DNA from: the human T2T-CHM13v2.0 reference genome, Homo sapiens
Assembly (NCBI RefSeq): GCF_009914755.1
Contig: NC_060932.1
Strand: one strand, 5' to 3'
Length of the DNA stretch: 64,000 bases
This document shows positions 1 to 16,051 of the stretch, piece after piece. The position numbers and the translations under genes were made by a program. Below the pieces are notes generated by a model. That model saw only the letters and a list, made by a program, of their open reading frames with translations. It searched no databases and was not told the origin of the DNA. Each line of letters begins with the position of its first letter. The stretch's first letter is position 1.

Positions 1-3000
1 TGTGATGTGTCATATTTATTGACTTGTGTATGTTGAACCAAACTTACATACCAGAGATAAAGCCTAGTTGATCATGGTGAATTAGCTTTTTGATGTGCTG
101 CTGTATTTAATTTGCTAGTATTTTGTTAAGGATTTTTGCATCTATGTTCACTGGGGATACTGGACTGAAGTTTTCCTTTTTTGTTGTGTCTCTGCCAGGT
201 TTTGGTATCAGAATAATGCTGGTCACACAGAATGAGTTAGGGAAGAGTCCAGCCTCCTCAGTTTCTTGGATTAGTTTTAGTAGGAATACCAGCTCTTTAT
301 ACATCTGGCAGAATTCAGCTGTGAATCCATCTGGTCCTGGACTTATTCTGGTTGATAGATTTTTCTTTACTGATACAATTTCAGAACTCATTATTGGTCT
401 ATTCAGGGATTCAATTTATTTCTGGTTCAAACTTGGGAGGTTATGTGTTTCTAGAAATTTATCCATTTCTTCTAGGTTTTCCAGTTTGTGAGTGTAGAGG
501 TGTTCATAGTAGTCTCTTAGGGTTTTTTGTACTTCTGTGGGGGTGGATAGTAATGTCCTCTTTATAATTTCTTATTGTGTTTATTTGGAGCTTCTCTGTT
601 TTCTTCTTTATTAGTGTAACTAACAATCTATCAATCATATTTATTCTTTCATGAAACAAACTCCTGGATTCATTGATTTTTTGTATGGTTTACACCATCT
701 CAATTTCCATCAGTCCAGCTCTGATTTTTGTTATTTGTTTTCTTCTGCTAGCTTTAGAATTGGTTTACTCTTCTTTCTCTAATTTCTCTAGGTGTGATAT
801 TATATTGTTAATTTAATTTGAGATTGTTTTAACTTTTTGATGTGGATATTTAGCACATACACTTCCCTCTTAATACTGATTAAGCTGTGTCCCAGAGATT
901 CTGGTATGTTTTGTTCTCATTAGTTTCAAAGAATTTCTTGATTTTTGCCTTAAACTCATTGTTTACCTAAAAATCATTCAGGAGAAGGTGGTTTAATTTC
1001 CATACAATTGTTTGATTTTGAGTGATTTTCTTAGTGTTGATTCCTACTTTTTATTGTGCTGTAGTCTGATAGTGTGGTTGGTTTTATGTGTGTGTGTGTG
1101 TTTTTAATTTGCTGGGGATTGTTTTACGGCTGACTGTGTTGTTGATTTTAGAGTATGTGCAATGTGCAGATAAGATAAATGTATATTCGTTATTGGGTGG
1201 AGATTTCTGTAAATGTCTGTTAGGTCTATTTGGTCAAGTGTCAAGTTAAGGTCCCAAATATCTTTGTTAGTGTTTTGCCTTGATGATCTGTCTAATAAAT
1301 ACTGTCAGTGGAGTGTTGAAGTCTTCCACTATTATTGTGTAGTTAGCTAAGTCTCTTTATAGATCTCTAAAACCTTACTTTAGGAATCTGAGTGCTCTTG
1401 TATTGGATCCATATATATTTGAGATAGTTTTTCTTGCTGAATTGAACTCTTTAACATTATGTAATGCCCTTCTTTTTCTTTTTTGATCATTGATGGTTTA
1501 AAGTCTGTTTTGTCTGAAATTAGAAGAGCAACTCTTGCTTTTTTCTGTTTTCCATTTTCTTGGTAGATTTTTCTCCTTTACTTTGAGCTGGGTGGACATC
1601 TCACATTGCATGTGAGATATGTCTCTTGAAAACAGCATATAGTTGGATCTTGTTTCTTCATCCAATTCGCCACTACTCTGCACCTTTTAATTGGGACATT
1701 TAATGCATTTACATTCATGGTTAATATTGATATGTGCAGATTTGATCCTGTTATCATGTTGTTAGCTGGTTTTTATGTAGACTTGATTTGTGGTTGCTTT
1801 ATAGTGTCAATAGTTTATGTACTTCACTGTGTTTTTGTGGTGGTTTGTAGTGGTTTTTCTTTTCCATATTTAGCACTCCCTTAAGGATCTGCTATAATTC
1901 AGGTCTGGTGGTAATGAATTCCCTTAGCATTTGCTTGTCTGAAAAAGGATCTTATTTCTCCTTCATTTTCGATGCTTAGTTTGGCTGGAAATGAAATTCT
2001 TGGTTGGGCTTATTATCTTTAAAAATGTTGAATATATGTCCCCAATCTCTTCTGGCCTGTAGAATTTCTGCTAAAAGTCCACTGTTAGCCTGATTGAGTT
2101 CCCTTGGTAAGTAACATGACCTTTCTCTCTAGCTGCCTTTGATATTTTTTCTCTCAGTTTGATATTGGAGACCTTTGATTACTATGTGTCTTGTATAGAC
2201 ATATACAAGGTGATACATAGGGGATGATTGTCTTGTATAGTATCTTGCAGGGTTCTCTGTATTTCCTGAAGTTGAAATATGGTTGGCTTCTTTAGTGACA
2301 TTGGGGATATTTTCATGGGTGATACTCTTAAATACGTTTTCCAAGTTTCTTGGTTTCTTTCTCTCTCCTTCAGGGATGCCTATGAGTCATAGATTTAGTC
2401 TCTTTACATAATTTAATATGTCTCAGAGACTTTGTTCATTCTTCTTTATTCTTTTTTCTTTATTTTTTTCTGCCTGAGTTATTTTGGAGAACCAGTCTTC
2501 TAGCTCTGAGATTGTTTTCTCAGTTGCTTAATTCTGCTGCTAATACTTGTGATTATCTTATAAAATTGTTAAAGTGAAGTTTTCAGCTCTATCAAATCAC
2601 TTTCATTATTTCTTAAAATGGCCATTTCATCTTTCATTTCCTGTATCATTTTATTGTATTTTTTTAGATTCCTTGGATTGGGTTTCAACTTTCTCCTGAA
2701 TGTTGAAGATCTTCATTCCTTCCATATTCTAAATTCTGTTTCTGCCATTTCATCCATTTGAGACTAGATAAGAATCATTGCTGGGGCACTAGTGTCTTCA
2801 TTGAGGGAAATAAGGCATTCTGGCTTTTTTAGTTGTCCAGTTCTTGTGCTGGTTCTTTCTCATCTGTGTGGGCTGATGTTCCTTTAATCTTTGAAAATAC
2901 TGTCCTTTGGATGAGTTTCTCTACTTGTATTTTCTTTGATACCCTTGGGAGTTTGATTGCGGTATAAGGTGGATTCAATCAACTGGCCTCATTTCCAGAA

Positions 3001-4020
3001 GAATTTAGGGGGCCATGGCTCAGCTCAGCACTACTGGGCTGTATACTCTAACTCTAGGGAGCTGGTACCAGGCCCTGGCTTTGTTCACTGGCCCCTTGAG
3101 ATTCAGAACCTGCTGAGCTGAGGTGCTAAGGTATTCCTGGTCTGCTGGCCACAACACTCTGATGGGTGGTGCCAGCTAAAGTGCTTCATCTGGGCAGTGG
3201 CAGCAAGACCCATGCTCATTTGCATGCATTCCCGTGGCCATGGAAGTGCAGCAGGATGCATGGGTGTTGACTGGGACAGGGACCACCAGGAGTGGAGCTG
3301 TATCATTACTGTGCACACTTGTGCCAGTGGCTGGGGTTAGTGGGGAACAGCCGGGACAAAGTTGCCAGTGTCCATGTTTGCACTTGCACTGGCAAAGGCA
3401 GATGTGGGGACTGGACATTGGCGGGCATGAAGCTAGTGGCATCCATGCACGTGTTCACAGTGGTGGCAGTGGCAGCACAAGATGGAGGCAGGGCCACCAG
3501 CAACCAGTGTCCATTCCACATTCACAGCAGCAGCATTGGTGGTATGGGGAGCAGGGTGGGGTTGCTTGCATCTATGTGAGTGTTGCCAGCAGTGGCAGTG
3601 CAGCCAGATGCCTGTTCATTAGGGAGGCAGGGGCAGCAGGGTATGCTCACACAGGCAGCATTTGGGTGACACAGAACGTGTGCACACACACACTAGTGGG
3701 GGAGAAGTGATCTTTGCCTGTGTGCATTCTCACAAAGCAGTGGGGGTGTGGCCATGGGTGAGTGCATCCTGGCAATGCAGGTATGGAGGAGGCTGCAGTG
3801 GGAGAGGGTGTGGGTGGGCTGTTGTGTGTCAGTGGAGGCTGCACTGATAGAGCTCTCTGATGCTCAGGTGCAGTCTGCTGGTGAGGGAGCTATGATGTGA
3901 GCCCCCAGGAAGCACCTCAATTGGGCATCCAAGGCTGCATTGCAAGCAGGTGCAGTCAGATTGGGGCCCTACTAGAGGTCAGCAGACAGGGGTGTCCTCA
4001 GATAGAACTGGCTTTATCTA
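1..4020 (-). mobile_element. Old primate LINE-1 (L1PA13-16/L1PB-like): 5' UTR, degenerate ORF1 and 5' part of ORF2; continues off the window start
   Basis: ORF 107..391 contains L1 ORF2 motifs [11 protein letters not shown] and [15 protein letters not shown]; ORF1-like 2129..2344; GC-rich 5' UTR about 3000-4020. Confidence 0.9.
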
Positions 4021-4325
4021 ACCAGCATAAAAAACAGGATTTATACCTCTCTGTGTCTCTTTAATCCCAAGAAGTTGCTTGGCTAAAGATATGAATTATC
4101 TTTTTTGCCTCTAAAGATCTTCTTCAGGATGATACATGGCAAACCATTAACATCAAATAAGATCAGTAGAAACTCCTTGAACCATTGAGGAATTCTCCAT
4201 AAGTGTATTGCCATCATTGGACTCTCTGCACATTAGCTGTCAACAAGTTTATCTTCTCAAAATGACCATTTTTATTTATGGTAAAAGTATTTAATTATCT
4301 GCTACATAGTTAAAGAAACAGAATG

Positions 4326-4718
<393 letters not shown>

Positions 4719-4774
4719 CTATGAGAGAGACACCTGTCATTTGTAGGCCTGACATAGATTGCTGCTGATTTTGT

Positions 4775-6665
4775 TTTTGTTGTTTTTTTCTTAATTTAAT
4801 TTAATTTTATATTAAGTTTCAGGATATTTGTGCAGGTTTGTTACACAGGTAAACGTGTGCTATGGTGGTTTGCTGCACCTATCAACCAATCACCTAGGTA
4901 TTAAGTCCTGCATGGATTATCTATTTATCCTGATGGTCCCCAACACCCCACTCCCCTGACAGGCCCCAGTGGGTGTTGTTCCCCTTCTCGTGTCCATGTG
5001 TTCTTATTGTTCAGCTCCCACTTATAAGTGAGAACATGCAGTGTTTGGTTTTTGGTTCCTGTGTTAGTTTGCTGAGGATAATTGCTTCCAGCTCCATCTG
5101 TGTCTCAGCAAAGGACATGATCTAATTCCTTTTTATGGCTGCATAGTATTCCATTGATGTATATGTACCACATTTTCTTTATCCAGTCTGTGATTGATGG
5201 GCATTTGGGTTGATTCTATGTCTTTGCTGTTGTAAATAGTGGCACAATAAACATACACGTGCATGTATCTCTATAATAGAATGATTTATATTCCTCTGGA
5301 TATATACCCAGTAATGAGATTGCTGGGTCAAATGTTATTTCTGGTTCTAGGTCCTTGAGAAATTGCAACACTGTTTTCCACAATGGTTGAACTAATTTAC
5401 CTTTCCACAAACAGTGTAAAAGCATTCCAATTTATCCACAGCCTCACCAGCAACTGTTGCTTCTTGACTTTTTAATAATTGCCATTCTGACTGGCATGAG
5501 ACGGTATCTCATTGATGTTTTGATTTGCATTTCTCTACTGATCAGTAATGCTGTGCTTTCTTTCATGTTTGTTAGCTGCATAAATGTCATCTTTTGAGAA
5601 GTGTCTGTTTATGTCCTTTGCCTACTTTTTTAATGTGATTTTTTTTTTCTTGTAAATTTGCTTAAGTTCCTTGTAAATTCTGGAATTTAGACCTTTATCA
5701 GATGGATAGACTGCAAAAATTTTCTCCCATTCTTTAGGTTGTCTGTTCACTCTGATGATAGTTTCTTTTGCTGTGCAGAACCACTTTAGTTTAATTAGGT
5801 CCCATTTGTCAATTTTGGCTTTTTTTGCAATTGCTTTTGATGTTTTTGTCATGAAATCTTTGCTTGTGCCTATCTCCTCAATGTTACTGCCTAGATTTTC
5901 TTCTAGGGTTTTTATACTTTTGGGCTTTACATATAAGTCTTTAATCCTTCTTGATTATATTTTTGTATAAGGCACAAGGAAGGAGTCCAGATTTAATATT
6001 CTGCATATGGCTAGCCAGTTATCCCAGCACCATTCTTTAAATATGGAATCCTTTCCCCATGCTTGTTTTTTTCAGGTTTTTCAAAGATCAGATAGTTGTA
6101 GATGTGTGGTCTTACTTCTGAGATCTCTATTCTGTTTCATCGGTCTACGTGTCTGTTTTGGTACCAGTACCATGCTGTTTTGGTTACTGCTGCCTTGTAG
6201 TATAGTTTGAAGTCAGGTAGCATGATGTCTCCAGCTTTGTTCTTTTTGCTTAGGATTGTCTTGGCTATTTGGGCTCTTTTTTGGTTCCATATGATTTTTA
6301 AAGCAGTTTTTTCTAATTCTGTGAAGAATGTCAGTGGTATTTTAATGGGAATAGCATTGCATCTGTAAATTACTTTGGGCAGTATGGTCATTTTTACGAT
6401 ATTGATTCTTCCTATCCACAAGCACGGAATATTTTTTCCATTTGTTTGTGTCCTCTCTTATTTCCTTGAGAAGCGGTTTGTAGTTTTCCTTGAAGTGGCC
6501 CTTCACATCCCTTGTTAGCTGTATTCCTAAGTATTTTATTCTCATAGTAATTATGAATGGGAGTTCATTCATAATTTGGCTCTCTGTTTGCCTATTGTTT
6601 GTGTATAGGAATGCTTGTGATTTTTGCACATTGATTTTGTATCCTGAGACTTTGCTGGAGTTGCC
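4775..6665 (-). mobile_element. 5'-truncated L1PA (3' ORF2 and 3' UTR)
   Basis: ORF2 C-terminal fragments ([21 protein letters not shown]); 20-bp TSD TAGATTGCTGCTGATTTTGT at 4755-4774 and 6666-6685. Confidence 0.95.
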
Positions 6666-7564
6666 TAGATTGCTGCTGATTTTGTATGACAACTCTGCAT
6701 GCTATAACATAGCTATTTATTTTCTGAAGCTCTCTGATATTTTCTTTAACTCAAAATCTTCAGTCTTGCAGAACATTTAGCATTTTACTGTTTACCTTTT
6801 CAAATATCAAAATGGTAATACATCTTATTAGGTTACCTGGTTTGCAAGAGAATAAAACTTTCAGAAAATATGGTTCATCATGCACAAAAAGAAATGAATG
6901 TAAGTGTCCTAGGTCAATATTTCTCTTGTGCAAGAATATCAGTGGAAGGGGGAAAAAGAAGAAGAAAGTAAATTCTTTAAATTGGGACTGATTTCTAGAC
7001 CATAGCAGATGGTAACCTAAGGGGAAGAAATGACTCACCATATCTATTTAGAGAAAGCCAGTGAACAGACTGTTACCCATCCTCTTATGAGTTTGTTTGC
7101 CTGTGAACTGACCTAAGGTATCTACCAAATTTATTAATTGTCTTATTGAAAACATGGCTTAGTACCAAAAGAGGCAGGAAATCACTATTGACCATCTTTA
7201 AACATCCACCAAGCTAAGGCCCAGGAAAGAAGACAGTCCCAAGGGAGTCATTTTCCAAGTTAGCAGCTGCTTATTTGCTTATGTAGCTCAGTCTTCTGCA
7301 GTGCCCTCCCCCATGAGAGCTGAGAACTTCAACCATGTCAATGGTTACACAGAACTTGCCTTTCTATCAGTTTCCATCATAACTCCAAGCACACCAAGCA
7401 TTTAATGAGATTCATAAGGTCATGCTGCAGACCACGTTGCCCTTAAAATGACTTTTAGACTTGTTCCTTTCCTAAATCTTCACTTCCTATGCACATATTC
7501 TACATATGTCCCATGTTACTTCAAACCTAGGTACCATCACCCACCAACACATTTAGCATTCTAG

Positions 7565-7887
<323 letters not shown>

Positions 7888-8499
7888 AAGGTGGGGTTTT
7901 TTTTAATGTTTCACTTAAATATATTCACATATGCAATGAATTCCTTCATAATATTTAGCAAGAATCTTAGCCATATTGGTAAAATTTATTTCAGAAAAGG
8001 CCAGTTCATATTTTTACCCTCCTGGGCAGAGGCTAAAGATTTCACATATGTACATCCAATAATAAAATCTTCAAAAACTATCATCTATTTATACATTATG
8101 GTAGCAATGTTACAAGGTGGAGGAAGGTGGAATGAAATTAAAACAAACCTATATCCTTTCAGGTATCAGACCCCAGGGAAGAATAAAATGAATAGGATAA
8201 GCAAATAGTCTGGAGATTAATCTGTTTAAAATAAATATAATTTTGTTTACATAAGCATTGTCCATAAGAAAGGTTTACACAATGCATACAAGGTAGGGTG
8301 TGACAAGTCCTTCACCTAGAGAGCTTCCAGAGTTACCAACCCCATATTATATTTTCTGCTCATTTGCAAAGGCAGAGGTTGCTAAATTCTTTGAAGCTGT
8401 TATACCCACAAACAAAGCTACACATAAGTACAAAAACTCATGTGTTCCATGCAGTCACCATGTTTCTTTAGTCTAGTTTAATCTGAAAGAGTTACAATC

Positions 8500-9809
8500 T
8501 TATGCCTTGATAATTTCATAGAATGCCTCTCAGTTTAGGCTTAGTCTAGTGTTTCTTCCTCATTCAATTTAGGTTATGTGTTTTTGAAGGGAGTATTATG
8601 ACCTGTGACAGTCTCATTACAGAGGAGGTTAACTTTATTCAGTTAAGGTGGTATCTGCCATGTTGTTCCTACGTAAAGTTACTATTTTCCTCTTCCTCAT
8701 TAATACACCTCTTGTGGGAGATACTTTGAGACTACTTAATATCCTGCTCCTCATCAGATTCTCACCCTCTAATTTTAGCAGCTGCTGACAACTATTTTAG
8801 CAATTCAATTATTACTCTGATGGTTGCAAAATGGTGATTTTCTAAGTCCATTATCCATTTACATGTATTACTTGGCAATCTATTGTAAAGAAAAGACATT
8901 TTCTTCTCTATTTGTCCCATTTGTTTGTTTATATAATGTCAGGGCAATTCATGAATTCTTATTTTATTCTAGGGTGGATTTGTTGTCCAATACTGCATAG
9001 CTAATCATTCTAAAACTTAGTGATTTAAAACAACAGTAATCATTTATTGTCTCACACCCATTCTGTGGGTCACAATTTCAGAGTGGTTTGTCTGGATGGG
9101 TCTGGCTCAGGGCTTTGATGACGTTGCAGTCCGGAGTCAGCTAGTCTTCTGAAAATTAGACTGGGAGGAGAGGGGTCTGCTCCAGGGTGGCCACTCACAA
9201 AGCAGGCAATTTGGTGTTTGCTGCTGGTGGGAGGTCTCTCCCCAGGGCTGTCTGAGTGTCCCACAGCATGGACTCTGGGTTCCCCCAGAGTGAGCCATCC
9301 AAGAAACTAAGGTGGGAACTGCATTGCCTTTATGACCTACTCCTGGAAGTCATGCTCTGCTGCCTCCACTGCATTCTATTACTAACACAGCCTCCATTCA
9401 GTGTGGGAGGGATTGCACAGGGGTGTGAGCCTTAGGAGATAAGGTTCATTGTGGGCCATCTTAGAGGCTATCTACGAGTGGATCATTACTTTTTATTATC
9501 ATTATTTATTTTGAAACTCACTTTTCTCCAGATTTGGCCCTTCAACGTGGCTCCTATATCCTTTTGACACTCCCCCATTACTCTTTCAGAACTTCCTTAA
9601 TTCCAGGTGTTATAAGAAATCCCAGGCTCATCTTACACCTTCTTTGCTCTAGCTCTGGAATTAACTATGTATTTATGGATTCCTTTTAGTGAAGAATGGT
9701 TTTGAGAAACCAAGATCTAGGGGTTATGTGTGCTCAGTGCTACCAGAGTATCATTGCTTGTAGGTGCTCTCAGCAGAAAGAGGTAGTAAAAGAAAATGCA
9801 TGCGTATAA

Positions 9810-9844
<35 letters not shown>

Positions 9845-10250
9845 CACATATATATATAGCCATGAATGTATATTGATACCTACAATTCCAATCCAACACC
9901 ACAAATGTTATTCTAGCCTTCACCCTTTCTATATTTTTAAACCTCTTCTCCCGTGATAAAACTTCTTGTTGCATTTTCATCAATATATTTATGTATTTGC
10001 TCAACATCAGAAATTACTAAAAGCAGGTTCAAAATTGTGAACCCACACCACAGGGCAAACAAATGATGATATTAATATGTGTTTATAGTTTTTTTGTCTT
10101 TAATCTGAGGATATAACAATACTGTGTTCACAATCACTTGGCTTTTTATCCCCTTCAGTATGGCTACATTAGTCATCCAAAATAAAATTACATTCATCTG
10201 TTCCTGTTTATCATACATTTTTGTTTCCTTCTCATCTTTAAGGCTTTTTT
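8500..10250 (-). mobile_element. Ancient L1M (L1MC/ME-like) 3' fragments, interrupted by an MLT1 LTR
   Basis: Degenerate L1M 3'-end motifs on both sides of the LTR; (CA)n(TA)n at about 9808-9858; boundaries approximate. Confidence 0.55.
8985..9475 (-). mobile_element. MaLR LTR (MLT1F/G-like)
   Basis: aaaacttagtgatttaaaacaac...catttattgtctcac...ttctgtgggtca motif typical of MLT1. Confidence 0.75.
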
Positions 10251-11474
10251 TAGTATGAAAAATTAATAAAATCAGGAGAGGAAATCATTCTTTAGATTTC
10301 AGCTAACTCTCCCTCTAGCCACTTCACTGTTCGCTCAATTGACCCATTTACAAGTCCCTATAGTGGCAGATATAGAGGATCTGCATAGGTCCAACAGCAT
10401 AGATCCCCCTCACTGAAGCCAACCTGAACACCACCATTGTTGACTGCCCAAATGACCAGTAGAAGGGACTAACACAAAGACACTGATATAACACCTGCTA
10501 CCTGGAGGCAGGATAGTTGCAATAGACCTTTCTACCCTACAGGGAACAATGATATGTCCTCACTGGACTAGAGACTTATTCTGGATATAGGTTTGTCTTT
10601 TTGTCCACTGTCTTTCTCCTAGCTTCATTATATGTAGTGCCATATTTACCATCCTGTTTTCTGATACAGCACTGCGTCTAACAAAGAAACTCATTTTACA
10701 AAAAGATGAGTGGCAATGATACCACAGTCAAAGAATTTCTTGCTCGTTCAACATACTTGATAGAATTGGCTTAGTGAAAAACCCAGTTATGGAGCTAATT
10801 CTCTGCAAAATAAATGTGGTCTCCAATATGACATGGGGTATCCAAAAAATCACTGCCACTATATAGTTTTCTCCCATAGCCAGAATATGAGAGTCCAGGA
10901 ATCAAAGCATGATAATTGAAAGGGCTTGTCTAACTATTTTACCTAAGTCATTCACAAAATTTTTGTTTCTCATCTTCGTGTTTTGGACTCTTGTATGTTC
11001 TCAGAGAACACAACAATTGTTTCCAATTGGAAACTAGGACTGCCATTTGGTAATTTGGTCTTATCATGCTATAGAATAAATATCTGAAGGAGATTACTGT
11101 GCAGGTTATTATTATTTGTTCTGATTAGCAAGAGGAAATATGGTTGCTTCAACACAAAGAGGTGGAAAGGGAGAAGTATGTCTGGAGCCCAGAGGATTTT
11201 GTGAGATGCCTCCTGATATTTCCATGTCAATTAGTAAAATTAATAGAAAACAATAACAATCCAGTTGAGGTAGACTCACTGGGGACTTTGATCATCCAGG
11301 AATAAAAGTTTGGAGTATTGAGGTAAAACATCCTACTAGCTAAAGTGCTAACTGAGCACAAAGAGAACACAGAAAGGGTAGTGGGGCAGGAAGTTATAGA
11401 TATTAACTTCTGCCTTATGACATATTAGAGAAACAATTATAGCATCCATGCATACTTTCTTTCTTTCTTGTCTT

Positions 11475-12240
11475 AGTAACCAGCTTCCAAGGTAGTCCCT
11501 GTGATTCCTGCCTCCTGGTATTTCCATCCATTCTCTTTCTCTCTCTCACTACTTCTCTAGAAAAAGTCAGCTACCAGGACATGAACAGTTTTAAGGAAGA
11601 GCCTAGATGGCAAAGAACTAAGCACTCCAGACAACAACCATGTGCTTAGAAATGAATCCTTCAGCCCCAGTCTAGCCTTCAGATGTGTATTACTCCATTA
11701 TCACACTGCTATAAGGAATTATCTGACACTGCATAATTTATGAAGAAAAGAGGTTTAATTGACTCATGGTTCTTCAAGCTGTACAGGAAGCATGTCTGGG
11801 AGGCTTCAGAAAACTTACAATCATTGCAGAAGGTGAAGGGGAAGCCAGCATGTTTTACTATTGAAGAGCAGAAGACAGAGTGAAGTGGGAAGTGCTACAC
11901 CCACTTAAACAACCAGATCTTGTGAAAGCTCACTCACTATCATGGGAACAGCAAGGGGGAAATCTGCCCCCATGATCCAGTCACCTCCCATCAGGCCACT
12001 CCCCCAACACTGGGAATTACAATTCAACATGAGATTTGGGTGGGGAGCCAAACCATGACAAGTGTCAAACCATGACAATATGACTGCAATCTTAGCCAAT
12101 ATCTTGATTGCAATTTTATGAGAGGCCCTGAGCCTAAACTATCATTAAGCTCCTTAATTCTTTATTCTCAGAACCTAGTGAAAGATGTTTTTTGTTTTAA
12201 CCTCTTACATCCTGGATTAAGTTGTTATACAGGAATAAGT
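11475..12240 (+). mobile_element. MLT1-type LTR split by MSTA
   Basis: gaatccttcagccccagtctagccttcagatg resumes as atgactgca...gagaggccctgagc after the insertion. Confidence 0.65.
11686..12060 (-). mobile_element. MSTA solo LTR
   Basis: TG...CA termini; aagaaaagaggtttaattgactca and gagatttgggtgggga motifs. Confidence 0.88.
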
Positions 12241-12353
12241 AAATAATGCACTTGTTATATTCATATATATAAATATTAGCTAATCCCCCTTTTTCTTATT
12301 ATAACTTTTTATAATGACCACTGTGGTGGTTTACTTAATAATTTGGACTTACA

Positions 12354-12612
<259 letters not shown>

Positions 12613-12824
12613 TTACAGAATAATCAGATGAGATCGTGGCTAAACTGAAAGGAAATTACCACCATCTAGAGATGAATAACATAATTGATGGATCTTTGTA
12701 TCTCAGCTTGTTTTTAAGACAGGATAAGACCATCTTCGCTTGTATGAAGCTTAATTGCATCATACAAGGTGGAAGCATAAAGAGGATGTTTTTGCTGCAT
12801 GGAAGCTTAAATGTGGGTAAAGGC

Positions 12825-13440
12825 AGTGTTCGAATATTGAATAGCCAAATTGCTGGGCTGGGCTGGTTATTTTTCTGTCAGGTCTTAACCCCCACATATT
12901 TCTATACTTTGATCAATGCTGCTGGGTTTGGGAATTGGAAACTACATTTCCCAGATGCCTTTACCAGCTGGCTATTTGTTCTGCCAATGGGTGGCATTGG
13001 GAGGAGACTAGAAGGTAAAACCTGCATAGCCCTTGTTCTGACAGTAGTGACAGTTGCCAGCAATGAGGGCAGTGCAAGAAGGGGTAGGCTGCTGTGAGCT
13101 CAGCAACCCAGGAAATGTACCACCTCTCTGGTGACTCTACTACCTTGGTTACCCCTCTTTGATTCCAGTGCTGTCAGAAAGAATAGCTTCTCAGCATTTC
13201 CAGTGCTGGCAGCTGCAGAGCTACCCATGGCACAGCAAGCAAGTGCAACACATAAGTTCCAGTTAGGGGTATTAGAAAGTTTCTGATCTTGTACTTTTAT
13301 TCTTCCCCCTTTTCAAAAACCCCTCTAGCATCCCCTACTTCTCCTTTTTGTTCTTCAGTCCTCCTAATCACTTTATAAATCATTCGCTATATTATATCTC
13401 TTCTAGTTTAAATCATTAAAATGGTTCCTATTTTCCCTGA
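12825..13440 (+). mobile_element. ERVL LTR (LTR33/LTR16-like), probable 3' LTR of the ERVL relic
   Basis: ggaaactacatttcccagatgcctttaccagctggc motif; lies directly after the internal segment. Confidence 0.6.
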
Positions 13441-13989
13441 GAGTAATAAGAATAATAGATACTCAGGCTTGATGGAGATGCATTTTGGAAAACAACAAGC
13501 TTAAATATTCCCCAAACATTTCTTTTTATCTCTATATATTTTAGAAATACATGAAACTACTGCATTTTACCTGCATTATTCTCTAGAAGACTATGCATAT
13601 GATCAAAGTTTGTTAACATCTGGAAACTAGTATAGTGCTAACAGTTCTAGTGGTGATCAATGAAAAGCAATCCATAATCCAGAAACTAGTAATATGAAAC
13701 ACTTAATTCAGTACTTAAATATTCAGCTACAAAGTAAAGTGTTCTCATGCTGAGATACGTTTATCTTCAATATAATATTTGCTTATTTAACTGGAAACTG
13801 TTGTCTTCATGGCATGTTGTGTGTTAACACTGTGTTTGTAGATATTTTCAAATCCTGGGTTTTTTTTCCTTTTTCTATTCTATGGTTTTTAATATGCTTC
13901 TAATGTGTTTAAATAAATAACGAAGGAAGTTGAGAATGAAAATATTGATGCAGAGATGCTTATTAATTGATAATTGATAAATGCTAATT

Positions 13990-14470
13990 GCTTCCTATCT
14001 GATCTGGCTTCTGACAACCTCCACCTGCACCCCTGCCGCTTTCTGTGGTGCTGCAGCCACACTTCTTGCTAATCCTCAAGCGCACTAAGTTTGTTCCCAT
14101 CTCAGGAACTGTTCCTTCTGCCTGGAATGCTCCTCGTAATATCTCCATCTGCCTCACTCCCTCACATCATTACAGTCTTTGCTCAAGTGCTTACTTTGAA
14201 GACAGCCTTTTCCTCTCCCCATATCCTGGCAGTCCAGATTGCTGACCCACCTGGTCTCTCTCTACTGGGCATACTTTACTTTTCCTCTCAGCACTTATGT
14301 CTCCCTGAAATCATGTTCTGCAAGTATATGCTTATTCTTTTACTCTCTGTCCTTCGCTGAGTGTAAATTCTGTTGGGCCTGGAAAACTGTCTTTGTTCAC
14401 CACCTTATATCTTGTACCTAGAACAGTGGGTGCTTGGCACGTACAGTCACAGTAAACATTTATTAAATCA
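13990..14470 (+). mobile_element. L2 3' end
   Basis: gttccttctgcctggaatgct...gtgcttggcacgtacagtcacagtaaacatttattaaat. Confidence 0.75.
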
Positions 14471-14581
14471 ACGTTTTGGTCCATACATTTTCACTGTGAT
14501 ACATGTTTCATAGTTTTACCTCCGCCAATTTTTTAGATTTAACACACACTTTCAGCATTGTATGTTTTAAGCAATACAGAG

Positions 14582-15060
14582 TGTGATGGCTAAATATATG
14601 TCAGCTTTACTGGGCCATGGGGTGCCCAGATATTTGACCAAATGTTATTCTGAGTGCTTTTGTGAGGATATTTTTGGATGAGTTTCATATTTAAATCAAT
14701 AGACTGAGTAAAGCAGATGGCCCTTCCTGATATGGGTGGGCCTCATCCAATCAGTTGATGACCTTAACAGAACAAAAAGACTGATCTTCCCCTGAGTAAG
14801 AGGGAATTCCTCCTGCCTGACTGCCTCCAAGCTGGGGACATTGGTTTCTTCTAGTCAAAACATTGGCTCTTCCAGGGTCTTGTGACTGCTCACTTTTGGA
14901 CTGGAACTTATACCATGGGCTCTCCTGATTCTCAAGCCTTTGGAGTTGGACTGGAATACACAATTACTATTCCTGGGTCTCAGGGTTGCCAACTGCAGAC
15001 TTGTCGGCCTCCATAATTGCATGATCCAATTTCTTATAATAAATATATAGGTAGATAGAT

Positions 15061-15112
<52 letters not shown>

Positions 15113-15205
15113 GGGATACACAGATAGACACAGACACATGCACACACACAAACATACACCCATATTCTGTTGATTCTGTTTCCCTGGAAATCTCTGACTA
15201 ATACA
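14582..15205 (+). mobile_element. MLT2 (ERVL) solo LTR with internal (GATA)n at about 15052-15108
   Basis: tgtgatgg...ctgactaataca termini; 4/5 TSD cagag/cagat. Confidence 0.88.
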
Positions 15206-15670
15206 CAGATGTCATCTAATTTTTCTATAAATTACACATAGATTAATCACTTTCCATGTCAACAGACTATCTCACAGGTGAGTGCTGTTGGTCACACTTT
15301 TTGTGACAGTGTCTATGAATGGTGTGGGTTCTAGCTACCACTGCTTTTACACACATACTTTATAAATGCTATGAATCCTGGCTCATTATTTTTATTCAAA
15401 TGTGTATACAGAGACCAACATGCTTAAGCTAAACTGAAGAGCATTTCAATACTATTTTGCAATAAAAATACCTTCTATGACACAGTTACATTTGATAAAG
15501 AGATTATGGCGCTCAATGAGGCAAATGAATCCTGCCATCACCAAGTACCCTAAATGATACACAGTGTGTGTCAACCTATATTTGCATTGTTTTCCAAAAT
15601 GAGTAAATTTTGTTTTATTAAGTTTGTTTTAATAAGGAATATATGTACCTCTCACTTTTGAGTTCTTTAA

Positions 15671-16051
<381 letters not shown>

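Noticed and set aside
3103-3847. Cluster of overlapping ORFs up to 158 aa
   Set aside because: GC-rich L1 5' UTR; no recognisable protein
12636-13097. 153-aa ORF
   Set aside because: Starts at GTG and spans ERVL internal/LTR sequence; no domain
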